11,043 nucleotides of DNA. It comes from Candidatus Micrarchaeia archaeon (GTDB lineage: Archaea; Micrarchaeota; Micrarchaeia; Micrarchaeales; CABMGC01). The stretch lies in NCBI GenBank assembly GCA_049976845.1, contig JBMFHL010000024.1, forward strand, positions 1 through 11,043. The letters are read 5' to 3'. Positions 1 to 6,380 of this stretch are shown one piece after another; the first letter of the stretch is position 1; every line of letters starts with the position of its first letter. Both the position numbers and the translations under genes were made by a program. Below the pieces are notes generated by a model. That model made no database searches and was not told where the DNA came from. It saw nothing but the letters and a program-made list of their open reading frames with translations.

Positions 1-903
1 ATTTAATTTCGGTATTACTGTAGCCACGTCTCTAACGTAAATTGCGTTCTTGAGCCTTGATTTCTTGTAAACATCTACATATGCATAGTTATCCCTAATT
101 TTTGTTATTACTACATGCTCGCCCTTCTCAACAATTTTCTTGTAAAGCTCATCTAACCTCATGCCTGAATCTACAATGATAAAATGCTTTGTAATCGCAT
201 CATTCAAATGCAAGCCTGCAGTATCCCTCTTTATCTTTGCACTCTGCTCTTCAGCTTGTGCGCCGCTCCACAAGAACATGACTATTATCAAGTCCCAGAA
301 TGTCATAAACTCCCTATAAGCAAATGAGAATGAAGTACCAAATGCAAAGAATGCGAAAGTGCTAATAACTATTGCGCCCATCAGATATTTGCTCACACGC
401 ACAGTAAGCATTGTTGCATCAAAATAATTCCTCTTCTTCTGCAGATAACTTCTGAATACCCTGCCTCCATCCATTGGGAAAGCCGGAAGCAGGTTGAATA
501 TGCCGAGCAGTATATTCATCTCAAACATTAGCTGTAGCGTCTGCGTTATTATGCCTGGCGGAGAAAAAATCACGAGAATTCCAAAAATACCTCCTAGGAA
601 GAGGCTCATTATAGGGCCTGCAATCGCTATGTTGAATTCAACCTTCGGGTTTATCCTAATATCATCTATTATCGAAGCCCCGCCTATAGGAAGCAGTATT
701 ATCTTTTTTACCTTTATGCCATTCCTAAGTGATGTTATGGAGTGCGCGAGCTCGTGGATTAGCACGCAGACAAAAAGCAGCACTATCAAAATGAACACAA
801 ATGCGCTTATAAGCAGCGTGAATAGAAGCAGCAGTAGAAACGTCCAGTGAAGTTCAATTTCTATTCCGAAGATTTTGCCTATACCCAAGGATTGAACTGC
901 CAT
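1..903 (-). CDS. Site-2 protease, peptidase M50 family intramembrane zinc metalloprotease, probably with degenerate C-terminal CBS-like region (partial, 3' end beyond window)
   Basis: Hand-translated from ATG at 903-901, open to the window edge: MAVQSLGIGKIFGIEIELHWTFLLLLLF...LIHELAHS...ILLPIGGAS...IAIAGP...FNLLPAFPMDGGR. Has HExxH (756-742) and NxxPxxxxDGG motifs plus several hydrophobic segments. Not in the ORF track because the stop is outside the window. Confidence 0.95.
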   Translation of the reverse strand, partial: MAVQSLGIGKIFGIEIELHWTFLLLLLFTLLISAFVFILIVLLFVCVLIHELAHSITSLRNGIKVKKIILLPIGGASIIDDIRINPKVEFNIAIAGPIMSLFLGGIFGILVIFSPPGIITQTLQLMFEMNILLGIFNLLPAFPMDGGRVFRSYLQKKRNYFDATMLTVRVSKYLMGAIVISTFAFFAFGTSFSFAYREFMTFWDLIIVMFLWSGAQAEEQSAKIKRDTAGLHLNDAITKHFIIVDSGMRLDELYKKIVEKGEHVVITKIRDNYAYVDVYKKSRLKNAIYVRDVATVIPKLN

Positions 904-928
904 ATAAACACTGCCAACCAAACTGCCA
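896..928. repeat. Three ACTGCCA direct repeats
   Basis: Exact 7-mers at 896-902, 910-916 and 922-928. Confidence 0.7.
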
Positions 929-932
929 ATGC

Positions 933-967
933 TAAATATATATTTTATAAACTAATTTATATATAAT
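933..967. promoter_or_regulatory. AT-rich divergent promoter region with TATA-like elements
   Basis: TAAATATATATTTTATAA (933-950) and TTTATATATAAT (956-967) lie between the head-to-head starts at 903 and 1057. Confidence 0.5.
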
Positions 968-1056
968 TCATATAAGGCTAATGCGTGCTTATTAGAGCCC
1001 AAGGGCTTTTTAAGCTCTACGATATAAATGCATTGTAAATAAAATATGGTCCTTTT

Positions 1057-1755
1057 ATGCCAAAGGTTAGCGTTATTGTACCCGCACTCAACGAGGAGAA
1101 ATATATAAGATACGTAGAAGAAGGGCTGAAAGAGCAGACCTTCAAGGATTTTGAGGTAATAGTTGTCGATGCTGGCAGCAAAGACCGTACAAGAGAGATT
1201 GCGAGAAAATTTGCAAAGGTAATAGTTGAAAAGAGAAAGGGCATAAGCGTCGGCAGGAATGCAGGAGCCAAAAAGGCGAAAGGTGATATACTGGTTTTCA
1301 TAGATGCAGATACAAGGCCTTCGCCTCAGCTAATAAGCGAATATGCAAAAGCATTCAAGGGAAATATCGTAGCAGCAACAGGTCCAATATTGCCGCTTGA
1401 GAAAACAAGCAAAAAAGTAGAATTGGGATACAAATTCGTTTCAATACTTTTCGTAAAAGTTGCAATATTGATAGGAAAGCCCTCTGTTGTGGGCTCCAAC
1501 TTTGCAGTGAAGCGCAATACCTTCAATAAGATAGGTGGCTTCAATGAAAACTTTGCGACTTACGAGGATTGGGATCTCTCAAACAGGCTAAAAAAATTTG
1601 GGAAAATAGTATATGTAAATAATGCCATAGTGCACACCAGCACCAGAAGAATAAAAGCTTGGGGCATACACGGCTATTTCAACTACCATGTGGGCAACAT
1701 GATAAGGTACCATCTTTTCAAGAAGCCCAAAGAGGACTACGAGCCCGTAAGATAA
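1057..1755 (+). CDS. Glycosyltransferase family 2 (GT-A fold)
   Basis: VSVIVPALNEE, EVIVVDAGSKD, GRNAGA, FIDAD (DxD), GGFNE and EDWDL motifs; 232 aa. Confidence 0.95.
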   Translation: MPKVSVIVPALNEEKYIRYVEEGLKEQTFKDFEVIVVDAGSKDRTREIARKFAKVIVEKRKGISVGRNAGAKKAKGDILVFIDADTRPSPQLISEYAKAFKGNIVAATGPILPLEKTSKKVELGYKFVSILFVKVAILIGKPSVVGSNFAVKRNTFNKIGGFNENFATYEDWDLSNRLKKFGKIVYVNNAIVHTSTRRIKAWGIHGYFNYHVGNMIRYHLFKKPKEDYEPVR

Positions 1756-1825
1756 AAAATGAAAAATATAAAAAATAATAAATATACAGTAATGATAATG
1801 AAAGAATTGAAAGAAGACTGATTTA

Positions 1826-2935
1826 ATGGAGCATAAAGAGTGGCAAGGTAAAGCCGAGAAGGCACTAACGCGCCTTTCGCATCCGGGGAAAAAGCTCAGC
1901 CCAGAAGAAGTGAAAGAGGCGTTGCAGCTGCTGCAGGATAATGGCGATTATGTTGTAGGCAAGCTATATAAACGATTCATAAATGCAGAAAACCTTAAAG
2001 GCAAACTAGACCTTTACTTGAGCGAAAGAACTACAGAGGATGCAGATGATGTAAAAATTAAGAAGGAGTTAAGCGAAACAATAATGCGCATATCAAATCC
2101 TGATTATCTTGAGCGCAATTTCAACATAAGCATAAAAGGTGCAATGGTCGAGCACTACCGCGCAGGCACTTTTTATCCATATGACATGCTGTCCCTAATG
2201 CACTTAGTGGTTATAGATTCCGTAAAAAACTGGTACTACGAAAATTTTAATGACAACACACAAGCAAGCCTGTTGGACAATATAAGCCCCATAGAGAAGA
2301 ATATAAAGCTATCCGGGATCGATGGTAAATCAAGCACAGCTCTCGCTTTTTCAATAATACTCCTTCTCACGTACCAAGAGGATAGTTACAAGGATAAAAT
2401 GGATATGGAAATAAAATCTTCTAAATTTATTGAAAATCCAAGCGAATTTATCAATGAGCCCATAGGCAGTGTTAGAATCGAAGTCTTCGAAAAGGACAAA
2501 AAAAAGATGCATGCACTTGCAGAAGAGATGTATAAAAGCATGAAAAAACAAGGCTACTTTGGAGAGCTATTTCCATCATATACCGAATTCTTAAAAAGAT
2601 TTCAGTACTTCGAGGACGAGTTCATAGGCGGCATAAAAGACGTCTACAATTACCTTCCAAGCATCAAATTCTCAACAGTAATGATGCTCACATACTATGC
2701 AGATGTAATAGCATACATTTTGGCTGAGGCAGAAAAGGCAAAAAATCCAATTACCCAAGGAGAGCTTGAGGACAAGGCTGAGAAAATAAACAGTGTCATA
2801 CAAAAATTAGTATTGAAGAACTCAATAGAATCAGAAGAAATAGAGCAGGCAAATACGCTGCTTATTTTTGTAAAAGGCCTAGAAGCGGCAGCGCCCTTGA
2901 ACAAGAACGGTGAAGTACAGGAAGGCTATGGATAA
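1826..2935 (+). CDS. Hypothetical protein, probably soluble and alpha-helical
   Basis: 369-aa ORF filling the gap between GT2 and rpoK; E/K/I/L-rich; no motif recognised. Confidence 0.8.
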   Translation: MEHKEWQGKAEKALTRLSHPGKKLSPEEVKEALQLLQDNGDYVVGKLYKRFINAENLKGKLDLYLSERTTEDADDVKIKKELSETIMRISNPDYLERNFNISIKGAMVEHYRAGTFYPYDMLSLMHLVVIDSVKNWYYENFNDNTQASLLDNISPIEKNIKLSGIDGKSSTALAFSIILLLTYQEDSYKDKMDMEIKSSKFIENPSEFINEPIGSVRIEVFEKDKKKMHALAEEMYKSMKKQGYFGELFPSYTEFLKRFQYFEDEFIGGIKDVYNYLPSIKFSTVMMLTYYADVIAYILAEAEKAKNPITQGELEDKAEKINSVIQKLVLKNSIESEEIEQANTLLIFVKGLEAAAPLNKNGEVQEGYG

Positions 2936-2955
2936 TCTTGATTAAAATTCTAACC

Positions 2956-2965
2956 TTTTTTATAT
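2956..2965 (+). promoter_or_regulatory. Putative TATA box for rpoK-GGR; the T-run may also terminate the upstream gene
   Basis: TTTTTTATAT about 40 nt upstream of the rpoK ATG; SD-like GTGGT at 2993-2997. Confidence 0.5.
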
Positions 2966-3000
2966 TTTCCGTTTCATATTAATATTCTAGCAGTGGTCAA

Positions 3001-3174
3001 ATGGAAGAATATACTAAATTCGAGAAAGCAAGAATAATAGGGGCAAGGGCTCTTCAGCTCGCTTATGGGGCGCCACCTCTAATTGCAGTGCCTGAAGGCG
3101 TTTACGAGCCCCTGCGTCTGGCAGAGATAGAGTTCGAGAAGGGAGTAATCCCAATAGTGGTAGTTAAGAAATAG
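3001..3174 (+). CDS. rpoK: DNA-directed RNA polymerase subunit K (Rpo6, RPB6/omega family)
   Basis: Hand translation MEEYTKFEKARIIGARALQLAYGAPPLIAVPEGVYEPLRLAEIEFEKGVIPIVVVKK* (57 aa) carries the TxFExARIIGARALQL signature. Below the ORF-track size cutoff. Confidence 0.97.
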   Translation: MEEYTKFEKARIIGARALQLAYGAPPLIAVPEGVYEPLRLAEIEFEKGVIPIVVVKK

Positions 3175-3187
3175 GGGTAGAATATTT

Positions 3188-4627
3188 ATGGATGAAAAAT
3201 ATGATGTCATAGTAGCAGGCGCAGGTGTTGCTGGGGCTTTGGCTGCAGCCTCTGCTTCGCAAAACGGCGCAAAAACCCTGCTTTTGGACAGAAATGAAGA
3301 ATCAAGCGTGGGCAAGAAAACAAACTGGGGTTGGGTTTGTGGCGATGCTGTAGCTCAGGACCATATCACCTTCGCAGAGCATGAACTCCATACCAGTTTT
3401 GGCAAGCCAGAGCTAAACCTAAAAGTAGATGGCGTATATGTAGTAAGCCCTAGCATGAAGAAGAAGGTAAAATTCGAGGGTGCAGGCTACAGCCTAGACA
3501 GGCCGTCTTTTGCGCGCAAGCTGCTCTCAATAGCAAAAAAGAGCGGTGTAGAATACATGCCCGGCATGGAAGTTGAAGGCCCTATCATAGAAAATGGCGA
3601 AATAAAAGGCGTCTTCGGCAAGGATGCAAGCAAAAGGGATTTCAGAGTAAAGGCAAAAATAGTCATAGACTCACTGGGCATGGCAAGCACAATAAGGAGG
3701 AAGTTGCCTGAAAACAAGTTCATAGAAAGAAACGTAGATATTCATGACATAGAGTCTACTGGGAGATACATACTTGATTTTGAACAGAATGGCGAAAACG
3801 AATATTACTATGATCCAAAGAATGCAATAATACACTTAAATCAGACCATGGCTCCAGGAGGCTATGGCTGGGTATTTCCTAAGGAAGGAAAGGTTGTAAA
3901 TGTGGGAATAGGCGTCGAGAAGGCAAGCCTCGAAATAAGAAACAGCAAACTCGGCAAGAAGGACACGCTTCATAGCTTAATAGATCAGTATGTCGAATGG
4001 AATCCGCTGCTAAAGGACACAAAAATAAACAGCAAAGATGCCAACGGAAAAGGGTACTGGTCTGTATCGGTGAAGAGGCAGCAGGATAGTCTAGTATATA
4101 AAAATTACATGGGCGCTGGAGACAGCATGTCTATGCCAAATCCAATAAGCGCAGGCGGCATAGGCCCAGCAATGACATCTGGCATACTCGCAGGCAAGGT
4201 TGCTGCTGAAGCAGTGGCGAAAAATGACACGAGCATAGAAATGCTCTGGAAATACAATATACTATATAATGAGAAATATGGAAAGAAGACAGCTTCCCTT
4301 GAAGCCTTTAGGATATATTTGCAGTCGCTCAATAACGAGCTGATAGACTATGGTATAGAGCACTTCTTGACAGACGAAGAAGCCATACAAATGAGCTATG
4401 GCATAACGCCAGAATTGAGCTTTGCAAGCACACTGAAGAAAGCGATAAGCGGCATCGCCAATATAAACGCTTTCAAGAATCTCATATTTGTAGTAGGCAA
4501 AATGAAGAACCTCAATAAGCTTTATGAAAATTATCCAAAAACTCCAAATGAATTTGATGCATGGCAAAAACTCGTAAGAAACGAGATAAAAGAGGTAAAG
4601 GAGAGATTTGCTCCGAATCCAGTATAA
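3188..4627 (+). CDS. Geranylgeranyl reductase family flavoprotein (digeranylgeranylglycerophospholipid reductase-like)
   Basis: Rossmann GAGVAG, CGDAV with active-site Cys, PGGYGWVFP (GGR PxxYxWxFP motif), VNVGIG, GDS...NPISAGGIG, and a long helical C-terminus (ASLEAFRIYLQSL...LYENYPKTP); 479 aa. Confidence 0.9.
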   Translation: MDEKYDVIVAGAGVAGALAAASASQNGAKTLLLDRNEESSVGKKTNWGWVCGDAVAQDHITFAEHELHTSFGKPELNLKVDGVYVVSPSMKKKVKFEGAGYSLDRPSFARKLLSIAKKSGVEYMPGMEVEGPIIENGEIKGVFGKDASKRDFRVKAKIVIDSLGMASTIRRKLPENKFIERNVDIHDIESTGRYILDFEQNGENEYYYDPKNAIIHLNQTMAPGGYGWVFPKEGKVVNVGIGVEKASLEIRNSKLGKKDTLHSLIDQYVEWNPLLKDTKINSKDANGKGYWSVSVKRQQDSLVYKNYMGAGDSMSMPNPISAGGIGPAMTSGILAGKVAAEAVAKNDTSIEMLWKYNILYNEKYGKKTASLEAFRIYLQSLNNELIDYGIEHFLTDEEAIQMSYGITPELSFASTLKKAISGIANINAFKNLIFVVGKMKNLNKLYENYPKTPNEFDAWQKLVRNEIKEVKERFAPNPV

Positions 4628-4717
4628 AATTTAGCTGCTCAGTAAAAAATTTACAAGATTAAAAAACAGCTGGCAGTACAGAAAAGCCAGCAAAGACTAT
4701 GATAAGAATCACCAAAG

Positions 4718-4752
4718 TTTTCTCGCAAGAGTTAAATACCTTTGCGTGAAAA
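4718..4752. promoter_or_regulatory. Imperfect inverted repeat centred on TATA-like TTAAATA upstream of the ribosomal cluster
   Basis: TTTTCtCGCAA-gag-TTAAATA-cct-TTGCGtGAAAA; a second TATA-like TTTAAA lies at 4777-4782. Confidence 0.55.
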
Positions 4753-4823
4753 TATCTATCACATTTGTCGTTACTATTTAAATTTTTGTAGGCTAATATT
4801 ATTGGCTATATTCTAGTGGTTTT

Positions 4824-5123
4824 ATGGCTGATCTAGCTAGGGACATAAGGCTTGCAGTGGATACGGGCAAGGTAGCCCTCGGTTACCGAGAGGTAGCAAA
4901 GTCTATAAGCGAAGACAAGGCGAAGGTTGTAATTATAGCAGAGAAAGGCGACAAAAATAGGATAAACGACCTGATACACCTGTGCAACATATCTGGCATA
5001 AAACTATGGAAGTACAACAGCGGCTCGATAGAGCTTGGAACAGTCTGCGGAAAGCCTTATTCAGTGAATGCTGTAGCCGTAATAGACCAGGGTCATTCAA
5101 ATATATTAAATGAAAGTTATTAA
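4824..5123 (+). CDS. rpl30e: 50S ribosomal protein L30e (eL30)
   Basis: AVDTGKVALG, KAKVVIIA, ELGTVCGKPY and IDQGHSNIL match eL30; 99 aa. Confidence 0.97.
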   Translation: MADLARDIRLAVDTGKVALGYREVAKSISEDKAKVVIIAEKGDKNRINDLIHLCNISGIKLWKYNSGSIELGTVCGKPYSVNAVAVIDQGHSNILNESY

Positions 5124-5141
5124 TTTGATTAGGTGCATCAT

Positions 5142-5570
5142 GTGCCACGAGGAGAATTTGCAGCAAAAGAAATCCTGAAGAAGAGGAAAAGGCAGCGTAT
5201 GCTTAAGAAATGGTGGAAAAGGAAATATTTCAAGCTCAAGGCAAAGCATGACCCTGTAGGGACTGTGCCTATGGCAAAGGGTATAGTATTGCAGAAGTTC
5301 ATGCTTCAGCAGAAGCAGCCACACAGCGGTCTGATAAAATGCGTGAGGGTGCAGCTTATTAAGAACGGGAAAGTTGTTGGCGTTTATGTGCCTGAAGATG
5401 GCGCAATAAACTTTATAGACGAGCACGACGAGGTAACAATACAAGGCCTTGGCGGCTCGCAAAGAGGCCAGATGGGATGTATTCCTGGACTTAAGTATAG
5501 AGCTATAGCAATAAACGGCATAGATCTAAGACAGATTGTAAAAGGCAAGAAGGAGAAGCCGAAGAGGTAA
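5142..5570 (+). CDS. rps12: 30S ribosomal protein S12 (uS12, archaeal/eukaryotic type), divergent
   Basis: MPRGEFAA..., PMAKGIVL, KCVRVQLIKNGK, DGAINFIDEHDEV, GKKEKPKR. GTG at 5142 is preferred because AGGTG (5131-5135) is positioned as its SD. Confidence 0.97.
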   Translation: MPRGEFAAKEILKKRKRQRMLKKWWKRKYFKLKAKHDPVGTVPMAKGIVLQKFMLQQKQPHSGLIKCVRVQLIKNGKVVGVYVPEDGAINFIDEHDEVTIQGLGGSQRGQMGCIPGLKYRAIAINGIDLRQIVKGKKEKPKR

Positions 5571-5574
5571 TTTG

Positions 5575-6375
5575 ATGGCTGATGATAATGCAACTGATAA
5601 AGGAAGAGAGCAGGCAAGCAGTGTAGCTCCAACAGAGAATGCTGCAGTTAAGGCTAAGCGCAGCGCAAAGAATATTCAGAGCGTAAATCCACCTGCGCAG
5701 GAAGGCGAAGCAGCAACAGCTAAGCAAGCTGCAAAGCCGAAGCGCTCAAGGAAAACCGATGCAGTAGCAGAGGAACAGCTCCTGTTCGGAAAATATTCTT
5801 TTTCAGGCATAACAATTGCAGACCAAAGCTTCTCTAATTATCTAAGTTTAATGCCAATGAAATATCCAAACATATATGGGAGAAGGAAGCAGCAAGCTTA
5901 CTACTTCTCACATGCAAATGTTATTGAAAGGCTCATGAACAAGCTCATGCGAGGCGGTACAGGCAAGAAAGTCGGCGGCAGGGTCATAAGGACAGAAGGC
6001 AAGCTGCAGGGCAAAAAAATAAAAGTGATGCACATAGTAGAGCAGGCATTTGACACAATAAACAAACAGACAGGAAAGAATCCGATACAACTGCTCGTAG
6101 AAGCGATAGAGAATGTGGCCCCGATAGAAGATACAACCAGAGTTAGATACGGAGGCATAAACTACAATGTCGCTGTTGACGTTAGTTCGCTGAGAAGGCT
6201 CAATATAGCGCTTAAGAATCTCGCTCTTGCGGCGATAATGGGTAGCTTTAAAAACAGGAAGTCAATTGCTGATGCGCTTGCTAATGAGATTATGCTAGCT
6301 GCAAGCAAGAGTCCTGAAAGCTATGCCATAAAGAAAAAGATTGATGCAGAGCGCATGGCCAGGAGTGCAAGGTAA
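5575..6375 (+). CDS. rps7: 30S ribosomal protein S7 (uS7) with long N-terminal extension
   Basis: LFGKY, IERLMNKLM, NPIQLLVEAIENVAPIED, AVDVSSLRR, LANEI, ERMARSAR; SD GAGGT at 5564-5568 before ATG 5575. Confidence 0.97.
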   Translation: MADDNATDKGREQASSVAPTENAAVKAKRSAKNIQSVNPPAQEGEAATAKQAAKPKRSRKTDAVAEEQLLFGKYSFSGITIADQSFSNYLSLMPMKYPNIYGRRKQQAYYFSHANVIERLMNKLMRGGTGKKVGGRVIRTEGKLQGKKIKVMHIVEQAFDTINKQTGKNPIQLLVEAIENVAPIEDTTRVRYGGINYNVAVDVSSLRRLNIALKNLALAAIMGSFKNRKSIADALANEIMLAASKSPESYAIKKKIDAERMARSAR

Positions 6376-6380
6376 TTTTT

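Noticed and set aside
494..850. 118-aa plus-strand ORF in the track
   Set aside because: Antisense shadow of the M50 protease, which has clear motifs on the minus strand.
1..1755. Functional system linking the S2P protease, GT2 and the terminal membrane protein
   Set aside because: Only proximity supports it; no regulator or substrate evidence in the window.
4628..4823. tRNA, C/D box sRNA or CRISPR array in the longest intergenic gap
   Set aside because: No cloverleaf or T-loop motif, no convincing box C/D pair, no spaced repeats.
5133..5141. Upstream GTG start for rps12
   Set aside because: It is part of the SD-like AGGTG; GTG 5142 gives a typical N-terminus and spacing.
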